32,000 nt of DNA from Halomicrobium mukohataei DSM 12286 (GCF_000023965.1 NC_013202.1:330001-362000), one strand, 5' to 3'. Shown: positions 1 to 8,996, counted from the first letter of the stretch. Notes: generated from the letters alone by a model not told the origin. Translations and numbers: made by a program.

Positions 1-2
1 GC

Positions 3-986
3 CCGCTGGGCCAGCTGATTCGGACGACCGCAGGCACTCACTCCCCACCGGTCCCCGAACTCGTCTACGTCGATACCCACCGGACTGCGAGCGGGTTCGA
101 GTTCTACGCGACAGTGCTCGACCGCCTCACAGACGAGCCGGCACCACAGCGGGCCGTCGGCATCGAGGCGGTCCGAGAGGAACTCGACGCGGTGCTGGCG
201 GAGCGACCGGTCGTCCCGATCGTCGATCACCTCACGGCGTCCAGACACGTGACCCCGGAGCGAGTGGCGACGCTGTTCGACCGGCTGACCGCAGACGTCG
301 GCTGGGTCGGTGTCGGCCGGTCGCCGCCAGCAGCCCTCGACTGGACGCCGCCGGCCGCGATCGAGTTCACGCCGTACGAGACGAGCACGCTGGTCGACGT
401 TCTCATGACCCGCGCCGACGACGCACTCGGCCAGCACGCGCTGGGCCACGAGCACGCCCAGCGTCTCGCCGAGTGGGCCGACGGCGACGCGAACGACGCG
501 CTCGCGGCGCTGTTCGTCGCCGCGGACGCCGCCCTGCGGGCAGAGAGCGAGCAGATCGAGGACACACATATCACCACCGGCATCGCGGACGTGCCCACTC
601 AAGCGGTCTCGCTCACGCGCGTGTTCGCGCTGTCGGCGGACTGTCTGTCGGTCCTGCGAGAGCTCGTCGCGCTCGACCCCGACCGCCATCCGACCGTCGA
701 CGCGGCGGCGGCAGCGATCGCCGACCGGGACCCGATCGACCTCTCGACGAGGACGGTGCGGCGGTTCCTCCGAGAGCTGGCGACGGACGGCGTGCTCGAA
801 CGGACGCGCAGTTCGGGCGAGAGCCAGGCGGGAACGCCACCCGAGCTACTCGAACCGCGCTTCTCCCCGATTCTGTTCAAGCGGCTGTACGACCACACGC
901 GGTCGCCCGGCGAGACGACCGCGGCGTCCCAGTCTGACGGGTCGATCACCGCGACAGCACCGTCTCGAACAGAGAGTGAGCGTTAA
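3..986 (+). CDS. Hypothetical protein, C-terminal part (5' end outside window); tentatively a divergent Orc1/Cdc6-like AAA+ lid region plus C-terminal winged helix
   Basis: Frame 3 is open from nt 3 to the TAA at 984-986, with no in-frame stop upstream of the GTG at 114, so the gene probably starts off-window. EFTPYETSTLVDVLMTRADDAL resembles the Orc1/Cdc6 'F.pY...eL.dIL..Ra' segment. RTVRRFLRELATDGVLER looks like a wHTH recognition helix. The family call is by eye only. Confidence 0.5.
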   Translation, partial: PLGQLIRTTAGTHSPPVPELVYVDTHRTASGFEFYATVLDRLTDEPAPQRAVGIEAVREELDAVLAERPVVPIVDHLTASRHVTPERVATLFDRLTADVGWVGVGRSPPAALDWTPPAAIEFTPYETSTLVDVLMTRADDALGQHALGHEHAQRLAEWADGDANDALAALFVAADAALRAESEQIEDTHITTGIADVPTQAVSLTRVFALSADCLSVLRELVALDPDRHPTVDAAAAAIADRDPIDLSTRTVRRFLRELATDGVLERTRSSGESQAGTPPELLEPRFSPILFKRLYDHTRSPGETTAASQSDGSITATAPSRTESER

Positions 987-1010
987 GTAACGGGATTACA
1001 ACATCCGAGT

Positions 1011-1421
1011 ATGTCTCTGGATTCGACTGGCTACGCCGCCGTCGCGATGGTCTCGTGGGGCCTGTGGGCGGTGTTCGTCGAGCTCGCGATGTCGCGGTCG
1101 AGCCACCGACCGGTCCTGTTGCTCTCGTATGGCTTCGCCGCCGTCCTCGTCGTCGGCTACTCGGCGACGACCGGAGCGGGGTTCGACATCTCGGCGTCGG
1201 TGGTGGCGTTGAGCCTCGCTGGCGGCCTGTTTGCCGGCGGTGGAACGCTCGCGTACTATCTCGCGCTGGAGAACGGCGGGGTGGGAACGGCGACGACGAT
1301 CACCGCACTCTACTTCGTCGTCGCGGCCATCATCGGCGTGACGCTGCTCGACGAACCGCTGTCGGCCTCGAAGGTGGTCGGCATCGGACTGGCGGTCGCG
1401 AGCGTGGTCCTGATCTCCTGA
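1011..1421 (+). CDS. Small EamA/DMT-superfamily-like integral membrane protein (single-domain, about 4-5 TM)
   Basis: 136-aa ORF starting with ATG. It is hydrophobic throughout, and its C-terminal segment (TALYFVVAAIIGVTLLDEPLSASKVVGIGLAVASVVLI) is typical of EamA-domain ends. Confidence 0.65.
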   Translation: MSLDSTGYAAVAMVSWGLWAVFVELAMSRSSHRPVLLLSYGFAAVLVVGYSATTGAGFDISASVVALSLAGGLFAGGGTLAYYLALENGGVGTATTITALYFVVAAIIGVTLLDEPLSASKVVGIGLAVASVVLIS

Positions 1422-1963
1422 CGCGGAGCCCCGACGTCGTACTCCCGGCGGCCGAACGTCGTCGTGTGGTCGATCCGGTACGGGCCGACACTACTCCGTC
1501 GGGGCCAGAGTGTGATGTCTCTCGCAGTCGAGCTCGCGATCGTACACACTCGACCCCGAAAGCGGCTGTGATCCCGCATCGACGGACAGAGTGAAGCGAA
1601 GAGAGGAGATTCGAGAGTCGAATTTCACCGCTCGGTACAGAATCCGGTGTCGAATTTGCTGTTTCCCATATTCGCCCATACGGATGGGATTCTATGCGTA
1701 GAACTGCGACAGTGTAGACGTATTCTAGTATACACTCGTATCCCACAGTATTCGGCGGTGAAATGTCCCTTCACACATTCGGCTCTCGAAATCTGCGTGC
1801 GTTCTCTCGGGTCGTCCAGAAGTGCGAGTCCCTCAATATCAGCGCGGCGACGTAAACAGCGAATGTGATCACTGTGTCTTGGCGAACTGGTGTAAATGCG
1901 ACCGCGGTCGGAAGAAAAACATTCGTAGAATTTAACCTGTTGCCGCGAATTAGGTGAAACGAT

Positions 1964-2851
1964 ATGGGTGGTCAACAGTTCGTAACGGAGTTCTCGCTGC
2001 CGGGGGTCGTCGACGGTGGGATCGAACGGGTGAACGTCGGCTCGTGGATCGGCGATTCGATCGTCGTCCTCGTGTTCTATCCCTCCGACTTCGGGCCGCG
2101 GTCCGGACAGAGCGCCGCGCTGTTGCGCGCGGTCGACGAGCTAACGGGCGAGACCGACGCCAGAGCGGTCGGGATCGCGCCCGAGTCGGTGTACAGTCAC
2201 CGGCGGTTCGCCGCCGAGGCAGACGTGGACGTAGCCCTGGCCAGCGACGCCGACGGGTCGGTCACAGAGGCGTACGGGGTGGCCTCGACCGGCGAGGCCG
2301 GCCAGGTCGTCACCGAGCGGTCGCTGTTCGTCGTCGACTATCGCGGTGTCGTCGTCCACGAGTGGGTGGCCTCGGACACCGGCGCGATGCCGGAGTTCGA
2401 GCGACTGCGGACGCGGCTGCGCTCGATCACGCCCGACGGGTCCGCACGGGGGTGTTACCGCACCGGCTACGCCCGGTATCGCGAGGGGCGGCGCTACCTC
2501 TCTAGCGGGCTCGAACACTGCGAGGCCGGCGACTGGGGGCTCGCCGCCTCCGCGTTCGACGAGGCCAGCGAGGAGTTCGGCGACGCGACCAACCGCTTCA
2601 CGAAGGGGCAGGGACTGGCCGACGGGGACGATATCAACGAGAACAACAGCCGAGGGCGGGTCGTCGCCACGAAGTACTGGGAGGCCGCCGAGTGGCTCGC
2701 CGGTTTCGCCACGGCCGCGAGCAAGGACAACGTCGAGGCCCGCGAGGAGAACCGCGAGGCTGCCGAGCAGGCACTACGGGAGGTCCGAGACGTGACCCTC
2801 CCCGAACCGGACGCGGCGTCGAAGACCGCCACCGGGAAACACCACGCGTAG
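1964..2851 (+). CDS. Redoxin/AhpC-TSA-fold protein lacking the peroxidatic Cys, fused to a C-terminal helical domain
   Basis: 295-aa ORF. The N-terminal ~150 aa follow the peroxiredoxin layout (VVLVFYPSDFGPRSGQ ... RSLFVVDYRGVVVH), but the usual 'FYP.DFTFVCPTE' cysteine position reads FGPRSG. Confidence 0.75.
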   Translation: MGGQQFVTEFSLPGVVDGGIERVNVGSWIGDSIVVLVFYPSDFGPRSGQSAALLRAVDELTGETDARAVGIAPESVYSHRRFAAEADVDVALASDADGSVTEAYGVASTGEAGQVVTERSLFVVDYRGVVVHEWVASDTGAMPEFERLRTRLRSITPDGSARGCYRTGYARYREGRRYLSSGLEHCEAGDWGLAASAFDEASEEFGDATNRFTKGQGLADGDDINENNSRGRVVATKYWEAAEWLAGFATAASKDNVEAREENREAAEQALREVRDVTLPEPDAASKTATGKHHA

Positions 2852-2860
2852 TCGACCCCG

Positions 2861-3673
2861 CTACTCGACGATCGACACCTCGTCGCCGACGCGGATCCGT
2901 CCACCCCGGTCGCGTTCGGGGACCCGCGAAATCAGCATGACCGTGTAGTAGTGATCGAAGGCGTCGGGGTCCGCCCAGTCGGGGAAGGTCGCCTCCCGGC
3001 GTTCGACGAATCGCTCGCGGAACTCGGGCGTCGGCTCGCCCGTCTCGGGGTCGCGCTCCGGGACGACACAGCGGCCACACGGCGTCACGCCCTCGAACCG
3101 GACGCCCTCTGTCGGCCCAGAACCCGTTTCCGTGTCGCCGGCCCCGCTACTGCCGACCGCGAACGCGGGCGCGTCCGCGCCGACGAAGCGGTCCTCCCAG
3201 AAGGGCGGGACGCCGCTGACCTCGACGTTGGCCCGGAGCCGGCGGCGCGCGCCCGCGACAGTCACGTCGTCGAACCACGACGCGACGGTCCGGAGCGTCG
3301 CCGTCGAGACGATCGAGGGACCCATGTCTCGTCGGTCGACGTATCCCAGTTCCCGGTCTCGTTCGAGCGTGAACTCGGCGTCGAACATCGACGAGAACCA
3401 CCGGCTGGCGCGCTCTGGCTCCTCGTCGAGCGCGAACCGCTCGCGCTCCTCGTCGAATTCGACCGCCAGTTCGGACCGTTCCACGTCGAACTCGGTCGCG
3501 ACATCGTGGACCCGGGCGGTCCGCTTGCCGTTGAGCACGTCGCCCGCCTCGTCGAACAGCGCGAACTCCCGGTCGTGTCTCAGAGTGCCCCCCGGCGTCA
3601 CGGTCGCCTCCCTGCGGGTGACGCCGTCGAGTCCCTTCACCGGATAGACGGTGAGGCGCTGGATCTGTGCCAT
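2861..3673 (-). CDS. MOSC domain-containing protein (N-terminal beta-barrel plus MOSC)
   Basis: The 270-aa ORF begins MAQIQRLTVYPVKGLDGV, the classic MOSC_N start. Its C-terminal part contains the conserved Cys context (VTPCGRCVVP). Confidence 0.85.
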   Translation of the reverse strand: MAQIQRLTVYPVKGLDGVTRREATVTPGGTLRHDREFALFDEAGDVLNGKRTARVHDVATEFDVERSELAVEFDEERERFALDEEPERASRWFSSMFDAEFTLERDRELGYVDRRDMGPSIVSTATLRTVASWFDDVTVAGARRRLRANVEVSGVPPFWEDRFVGADAPAFAVGSSGAGDTETGSGPTEGVRFEGVTPCGRCVVPERDPETGEPTPEFRERFVERREATFPDWADPDAFDHYYTVMLISRVPERDRGGRIRVGDEVSIVE

Positions 3674-3759
3674 GGGTGTGTGATCGGCGACGATCCCCTT
3701 GTACGCTTTGTCCCGCCGTGGCAGTCAGCTTTTTGTGACACTCCACTCACCACCCGGCC

Positions 3760-4536
3760 ATGGCACAGTCGACAGCCGACACGCCCGAGTGGGGTATCGG
3801 TGGACTCGCGACACAGGCAAACACCGCGTTCGCGGCGGGCGCGGTCGTCGTCCCGCTGGCGGCGCTGGCGGCCGCGCTGGCGAGCAACGACGTGCGGGCG
3901 TTGACCTACGTCCACGTGATGGCCGGCGTCCTCTGGACGGGCATCGACATGTTCATGGGTGCGGTGTTGGGTCCGGTCGTCGGCAGTCTCGACCCGAAAC
4001 AGCGGGCGGACTTCTTCGGGCGGTTCACCCCGAAGATGACGTTCCTGATGCCGGCGCTGGCGGTCGTGACGATAGCCGGCGGGATCGCGCTGGCCCTGCG
4101 GCTCACGACCTTCGCCTACGCCGACCAGTGGCTCGCGGTGTTTACCGCCGTCAACACGGTGCCGATCGTCCTCCTGTTGGCCTATCAGTTCGACGCACTC
4201 GGCGACCGGCGTGCCCTCGCCGTCCTGGGGGTCGCGGTCGTCGGCTCGGGGGCGTACCTCGCGACGACGCTGCCGGGCACGTCGCTGGTCGCGATGGTCA
4301 CGACGACCTCGCCGTGGCTGCTCGCGGCGCTGGGTATCGTCACGGTCCTCGGGCTACAGGGCTTTGGCGTCGTTCTCCCCGGCGAGATCCGGATCTACCG
4401 ACAGATCGCGTCCGAGGAGCCCGACACCGAGCTCATCGGCGAGATCGGTATGCGAAACGCGAAGCTCGGGGGCGTTCAGGGCGTCCTGCAGCTTTCGATC
4501 GTCTTCGTGATGGTCGGGCTGCGCTACCTGTCGTAG
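3760..4536 (+). CDS. Integral membrane protein of unknown function (about 7 TM)
   Basis: 258-aa ORF with ATG start and alternating hydrophobic helices. I recognised no family motif. Confidence 0.65.
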   Translation: MAQSTADTPEWGIGGLATQANTAFAAGAVVVPLAALAAALASNDVRALTYVHVMAGVLWTGIDMFMGAVLGPVVGSLDPKQRADFFGRFTPKMTFLMPALAVVTIAGGIALALRLTTFAYADQWLAVFTAVNTVPIVLLLAYQFDALGDRRALAVLGVAVVGSGAYLATTLPGTSLVAMVTTTSPWLLAALGIVTVLGLQGFGVVLPGEIRIYRQIASEEPDTELIGEIGMRNAKLGGVQGVLQLSIVFVMVGLRYLS

Positions 4537-4540
4537 GTGC

Positions 4541-4560
4541 ACTGCGAAAAATCGCGCTGA
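4541..4560 (-). terminator. Oligo-T tract downstream of csp (possible archaeal terminator)
   Basis: On the minus strand a TTTTT run (plus-strand A-run 4547-4551) lies 23-27 nt after the csp stop codon. It sits in the 37-nt gap between two convergent genes. Confidence 0.35.
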
Positions 4561-4573
4561 AACGGCGGCCGTC

Positions 4574-4768
4574 TTACTGGCGGACGACGTTGGTCGCGCG
4601 GGGGCCTTTGTCGGCCTGTTCGATGTCGAATTCGACGTCAGTACCTTCTTCGAGGTCAGGGCCGCCCACGTCTTCCATGTGGAAGAAAACGTCGTCGTCC
4701 GCGTCCTCAGTCTCGATGAATCCGTAGCCGCCTGTGTCGTTGAAGAAATCAACCGTACCGTTTGCCAT
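4574..4768 (-). CDS. csp: Cold-shock domain protein (64 aa)
   Basis: The internal ATG at 4768-4766 gives MANGTVDFFNDTGGYGFIETEDADDDVFFHMEDV..., which carries the RNP1-like GYGFI and RNP2-like VFFH motifs. The upstream part of the 147-aa track ORF is Arg/Ser-rich and looks non-coding. Confidence 0.9.
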   Translation of the reverse strand: MANGTVDFFNDTGGYGFIETEDADDDVFFHMEDVGGPDLEEGTDVEFDIEQADKGPRATNVVRQ

Positions 4769-4974
4769 TACGAATATACGGAGGGGCGGGGGAGGGATAA
4801 CGCTTGCGAGAGTCGTGGTACCACGACCGTCGGGCCCAAGATCGACGATGTCGCTTCCCAGACGCGTCGAGAAGCGACCGTTCCGCGAGCGGACCGTAGC
4901 CCCACGTGCGTACAGAGAGACGATACAGACCGCGAGCCGGCAGTGTAAAGTACATCCCGGCGAAACTGCGGCGT

Positions 4975-5172
4975 ATGCAAGCGACAGTCGGCGAACTCGT
5001 CTCCAACCTCGTGACACACTTCACGAACGATCCGCTCGCACTGCTGATGGCGCTGGCCGGCGCAGCGTTCGTCGGCGGCGCGTCGCTGTTTTTCGGCTAC
5101 CTGACACTCGGCGCGGTGGCAGATTTTATCACGCCAGACGTGTCGAACGAGCCGCCGAGCCGAGCAAACTGA
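4975..5172 (+). CDS. Small membrane protein (65 aa), hypothetical
   Basis: The ATG at 4975 gives MQATVGELVSNLVTHFTNDPLALLMALAGAAFVGGASLFFGYLTLGAV..., with one or two TM helices. Its 3' end overlaps the convergent mer 3' end by 44 nt. Confidence 0.45.
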   Translation: MQATVGELVSNLVTHFTNDPLALLMALAGAAFVGGASLFFGYLTLGAVADFITPDVSNEPPSRAN

Positions 5173-6109
5173 TGGCCGTCTCCAGCTCCGGACCCAGCGG
5201 GGACGCGAAGACGACGCTGTCGGCGTAGTCGAGCAAGGCGTCGGTGCGCTCGGCCACCGTCTCGGGCGTGCCCGCGATGCAGAACGCGTCGATCATCGCC
5301 TCGCTGACGGCGTCGCCGGCCGCCCGGAACTCGCCGGCCGCGATCGCGTCGCCAACTTCTCGTGCCCGCTCGGCGTCGAGGTCGTGGCGGTCTAGGACCG
5401 GCGGCGGAGAGCCGGCGGCGATGAAGGCGACGGGGATCCGCGCGGCCTCGCGGGCGGCCGCGCCGTCCTCGGCGACGGAGACGCTGGCGTAGGCCGCCAG
5501 GTCGAACTCGCCGCGCGCGTCGGGCCGGTCGGCCTCACCTTTCGCCGCCTGCTCGCTGGCCCATTCGAGGTCGCGGGGGTGTGCGCCGTTGTACAGCGCA
5601 CCGTCGGCGTGCTTGGCGGCCATCCGGGTCATGTGTGGCCCCTGGGCACCGACGTAGACCGGGATCTCGCCCACGTCGTAGTTCAGACCGGCGTCCCGGG
5701 CCTGGAAGGTCCCGTCGTGGTCGACGCGCTCGCCGTCCCACAGTCGCTGTGCCACCTTGAACGTCTCCAGGACCCGCCGGAGCGGCCGGTCGTGGTCGAA
5801 GCCGAGGTTCGACAGCGTCGCCTCGTCGCCGGGACCGACGCCGAACAGCGCCCGGCCGCCGCTCACCTCGGAGAGCGTGGCGACCCGAGACGCGAGCGTC
5901 ACCGGGTGAGTCTCGTAGGGGTTCGCGATGCCGGGACCGACCAGGAGTTCGTCGGTGGCCTGGGCCATCGAGGACAGCGCCATGAACTGGTCGCGGTTGT
6001 TGTAGTGGTGGCTGGCCAGCACGGCGTCGAAGCCCTCCGCTTCGGCCTCGACGGCGAGTTCGGTCAACGTCTCGACTGGATGTTCGGGGGTGAGTTCGAT
6101 TGCGTACAT
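5129..6109 (-). CDS. mer: F420-dependent 5,10-methylenetetrahydromethanopterin reductase-like (LLM-class) oxidoreductase
   Basis: MYAIELTPEHPVETLTELAVEAEAEGFDAVLASHHYNNRD...GVGPGD matches the Mer/LLM luciferase-like pattern. I chose the ATG at 6109-6107, 2 nt after the cofE stop. Confidence 0.8.
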   Translation of the reverse strand: MYAIELTPEHPVETLTELAVEAEAEGFDAVLASHHYNNRDQFMALSSMAQATDELLVGPGIANPYETHPVTLASRVATLSEVSGGRALFGVGPGDEATLSNLGFDHDRPLRRVLETFKVAQRLWDGERVDHDGTFQARDAGLNYDVGEIPVYVGAQGPHMTRMAAKHADGALYNGAHPRDLEWASEQAAKGEADRPDARGEFDLAAYASVSVAEDGAAAREAARIPVAFIAAGSPPPVLDRHDLDAERAREVGDAIAAGEFRAAGDAVSEAMIDAFCIAGTPETVAERTDALLDYADSVVFASPLGPELETAISLLGSAARSTRLA

Positions 6110-6111
6110 AG

Positions 6112-6864
6112 CTAGTAGTCCCACTCTCTGAGCGCCTGGCGCACGAAGTCGGTCTCGGGGTCGCGAAACAGTTCGTCGCTGCCGGCGTGCTCGCCGAACG
6201 CGAAGTCACGGACGACGGCGACCGGGGTCCCGCCCGCGCCTTCGCCGGTGACGAGGTTGGCCGCACCGGCGAGTTCGTCGACCACGGACTGGACGGTGAC
6301 GCCCAGTTCCCTGCCGTCGCGGTCGTGTTCGCCCCGCCAGTCTCTGGAGGCGGGGATGCCGGCCCAGCCGAGTGCCACGCCGCGCTGGCCGTGGCGAAAC
6401 GGCCGGCCCGAGGTGTCGGTGACGACGACGGCCGGGTCGGCGTCGAGTCCGGCACGGAGCCGCTCGGCGCTGGCGGTCGGGTCCGCCGGCAGGAGCAACA
6501 GGTCCGCGTCGGGGACGTTCGAGCGGTCGATACCGGCGTTGACCGTCGTGTGGCCGAACCGCGTCACGGCCAGCAGGAACGGCGCTTCGAGGACGAGCTC
6601 CTCGCTCTCTTCGAGGACGGCCTGGGCGAAGCGTGGATCCTTCTGTTCGTCGGTCTCGGCGGCGATCCGCTCGGCGATGTCGCGTGCCCGGTCGCCCGCT
6701 GGAAACGCCGCCAGGTCTGCCTGACGGCCCTCGGCCTTCGAGACGACCGTGCTGGCGACACAGACCACGTCGTCGTCGCCGATAGCTGCGTTGGCGTCGA
6801 TCAGCGCTGCCAGGTCGTCACCGGGCCGGATCTCGGGCAGCCCGTCGACCGCGAAGACCTCCAT
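6112..6864 (-). CDS. cofE: Coenzyme F420-0:L-glutamate ligase
   Basis: The 250-aa ORF (MEVFAVDGLPEIRPGDDLAALI...VVSKAEGR...NAGIDRSNV...) follows the CofE pattern and lies directly upstream of mer in the same orientation. Confidence 0.85.
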   Translation of the reverse strand: MEVFAVDGLPEIRPGDDLAALIDANAAIGDDDVVCVASTVVSKAEGRQADLAAFPAGDRARDIAERIAAETDEQKDPRFAQAVLEESEELVLEAPFLLAVTRFGHTTVNAGIDRSNVPDADLLLLPADPTASAERLRAGLDADPAVVVTDTSGRPFRHGQRGVALGWAGIPASRDWRGEHDRDGRELGVTVQSVVDELAGAANLVTGEGAGGTPVAVVRDFAFGEHAGSDELFRDPETDFVRQALREWDY

Positions 6865-6954
6865 ACACTGTCTGTGTGGGGAACCGGAAAAAGCACCGCG
6901 ATAGGGGAAGACGCTGCCAGCGTCGGCAATCGTTGCCGCTGTCTGATCGAAGCG

Positions 6955-7200
6955 CTATCTGGTCGTGCCGGGGACGACCGTCGTCCGGCGACGCGGGCTC
7001 GTCGCGGGCCGGCGTGGACGGGCGGCTCTGGCGAGGAGCGCGACGATCAGGGCCGCCAGTACGAGGGCGATGCCGGTCAGCGGGGCCGTCGCGATCGCGA
7101 GGAGAACGGCCATGACGGCCAGATAACCGAGGAGACCGGCAGCTGTCAGTGACTGTCCGGGATCGGGGCGTCGTCGTTCGTGTGGTGAGTGAGACTTCAT
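6955..7200 (-). CDS. Small membrane protein, hypothetical (81 aa from the ATG at 7200; 91 aa if the start is 7230)
   Basis: Contains one long hydrophobic stretch (LLGYLAVMAVLLAIATAPLTGIALVLAALIVALLA) followed by a basic tail. The start codon is uncertain. Confidence 0.4.
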   Translation of the reverse strand: MKSHSPHERRRPDPGQSLTAAGLLGYLAVMAVLLAIATAPLTGIALVLAALIVALLARAARPRRPATSPRRRTTVVPGTTR

Positions 7201-7427
7201 CGTATATAGACGGAGGGACCACACCGACATAACAGTAACCAGAATGATATTTCTGTAACGGGGATTACTGAAAATCTCTACACCGACACGTGTCCACAGA
7301 CGCCAGTCGACGCGGAGATCCTCGCCGGGGGGAGAAACGCCCGTCGGCGCGTCCCGACAACTGTCAGGTCGAGTGAATGTTGGGGCGGCACAGTAGCGAG
7401 ACGCGCCGTCCCGGACGTGGCCCCCAG

Positions 7428-8345
7428 TCAGCCGTCCCGCTCGACGGCGACCACGTCGAGTGTCTCGTCGACGACGAGGGTGAGCGTCGCGTCCCCGGCA
7501 GTGTACGTCATCGTCGCTCGCACGGGATCGCGCTCGCGGAACCGCGACTGCTCGTGTCCGACGGCGTTGAACGCCCAGAACGGCCGTTCGCGAACGTCGA
7601 TCCCGTGCTCGTAGAAGAAGCCGCCGACGACGGGATGGTTCAACAGCGCGCCGCCCAGATCCGACGTGATCTCGGAGCCACAGCGCCCGCAGTCGTACCG
7701 GGCCATCGGCAGTTCCTCGAACGTCGTCGGGAGGTCGTCGCGGGCGGCACGCGTCTCAGCGGCCGGCACCACGGTCGCCGTGATCGGTCCCTCGCAGTGC
7801 CAGCAAAAGCCCTCGCCGACGTGTGCGAGGATCGTCCGGAAGTAGCGGCTCGCGACGGCGGGTATCTCCGAGCGCTCGTGATCGGCGAACACGCCCGGCG
7901 GGACGCCGGAGGTCGAGGTGCTCGGACAGTCTCCACACTCGATGCGGACGGTCTCGTCCTCGTAGTACAGCGTTCGCTCGCCGCCACAGGCCCGACAGGG
8001 CTCTGCGAGCGGGATCGGCTCGATCGACCCCTCCATGGTGTAGGCACCGACCTGGATCGCGCCGACGATCTGCTCGCCGGCCAGCGTCAGCGTGTAGCCG
8101 TCGTCGGTCTGTCTGACGAACCGGTCTCTGAGCTTGTCGAGGTGGTAGTTGAACTGTCCGGAGTCGGCCATCCCCACCTCCTCGCGCAGGTCCGAGAACG
8201 TCGCAGATCGGCCGTCCGCGTCCCACAGCGCGAGCAGAATGTCGACGCGTGTCCCATCGGAGAGCGCACCGAACACCGTTTCCGGGTCGGCGGTCTCGAC
8301 GAGTCCGGGCTCGCTCATGTCGGGGAGATTGAGGGGCACCGTCAT
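7428..8345 (-). CDS. ArsR-type winged-helix transcriptional regulator with a Cys-rich (zinc-ribbon-like) C-terminal domain
   Basis: The ATG at 8345 gives MTVPLNLPDMSEPGLVETADPETVFGALSDGTRVDILLAL...FSDLREEV...QFNYHLDKL (wHTH). CxxC pairs follow (CRACGG..CGDC, CWHCEG, CGRCGS). The 5' two-thirds of the 604-aa track ORF is Arg/Pro-rich junk. Confidence 0.75.
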   Translation of the reverse strand: MTVPLNLPDMSEPGLVETADPETVFGALSDGTRVDILLALWDADGRSATFSDLREEVGMADSGQFNYHLDKLRDRFVRQTDDGYTLTLAGEQIVGAIQVGAYTMEGSIEPIPLAEPCRACGGERTLYYEDETVRIECGDCPSTSTSGVPPGVFADHERSEIPAVASRYFRTILAHVGEGFCWHCEGPITATVVPAAETRAARDDLPTTFEELPMARYDCGRCGSEITSDLGGALLNHPVVGGFFYEHGIDVRERPFWAFNAVGHEQSRFRERDPVRATMTYTAGDATLTLVVDETLDVVAVERDG

Positions 8346-8401
8346 AGGCGTGGTGGGGCCAGTAGACCGACACCGCCACGCGAGAGCCGTTCGAGAGCGT
8401 G

Positions 8402-8890
8402 TCAGAGTTCGTGTCGGCGGACGGTGAGGTCGCCGTCCGCCGCGGTGGCGGTCAGCATCGTCGCGCTGGTGGCCGGCGACGCCGCCGTCGCAGAGCCCGG
8501 ATTCAGCAGGCGAACGCCCCCACGAGTCGTGTCCAGCACCTCGTGTGTGTGGCCCGAGATCCCCACGGCGTCGGTCCCGCCGTGTTCGCGGACGAGGCGG
8601 GCGACGCGGTCCTCGTACCCGCGTTTCGATCCGGTGCCGTGCGTGACGACGAACGAGACGCCGCCGAGTTCGACCGTCGCCACCTCCGGCAGCCCGACGG
8701 CCGGGTCGGTGTTGCCACGGACGGCCGTCAGCGTGTCCGCGAGGTCCCGTACGTCGGCGACCGTGCTCTCGGCGTCGAAGTCTCCCGCGTGGAGGACGTG
8801 GTCTGCCGCGCGGATTCGCTCGCGGAACGGGTCGGGAATCCGCCTGGCGCGGGACGGAACGTGTGTGTCGCTGACGATTGCGATCTCCAT
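8402..8890 (-). CDS. YfcE/MJ0936-type metallophosphoesterase
   Basis: The ATG at 8890 gives MEIAIVSDTHVPSR...HAGDF...VRGNTD...VTHG...GHTHE, the full set of calcineurin-like phosphoesterase metal-binding motifs (162 aa). Confidence 0.85.
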   Translation of the reverse strand: MEIAIVSDTHVPSRARRIPDPFRERIRAADHVLHAGDFDAESTVADVRDLADTLTAVRGNTDPAVGLPEVATVELGGVSFVVTHGTGSKRGYEDRVARLVREHGGTDAVGISGHTHEVLDTTRGGVRLLNPGSATAASPATSATMLTATAADGDLTVRRHEL

Positions 8891-8996
8891 ACGCGGGCTT
8901 GGCTGCGAGCGGCCGAAAAGCCAGTGGTCGCCGGCCCGACGCCCGACCCCGGTCGAAAACGATACACCGACGACGTGCGAACGACCACCACGAGAG

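Noticed and set aside
1625-1975. 116-aa, 73-aa and 62-aa ORFs inside the AT-rich spacer at 1.4-1.96 kb.
   Set aside because: They are Cys/Arg/Ser-rich and lack the acidic bias seen in every confident protein here. They overlap each other, and none has a convincing start context.
5129-5172. The 44-nt 3'-3' overlap between the 65-aa membrane ORF and mer.
   Set aside because: Convergent overlaps of this size are plausible, and the small ORF itself is only moderately supported. It is not enough to propose antisense regulation.
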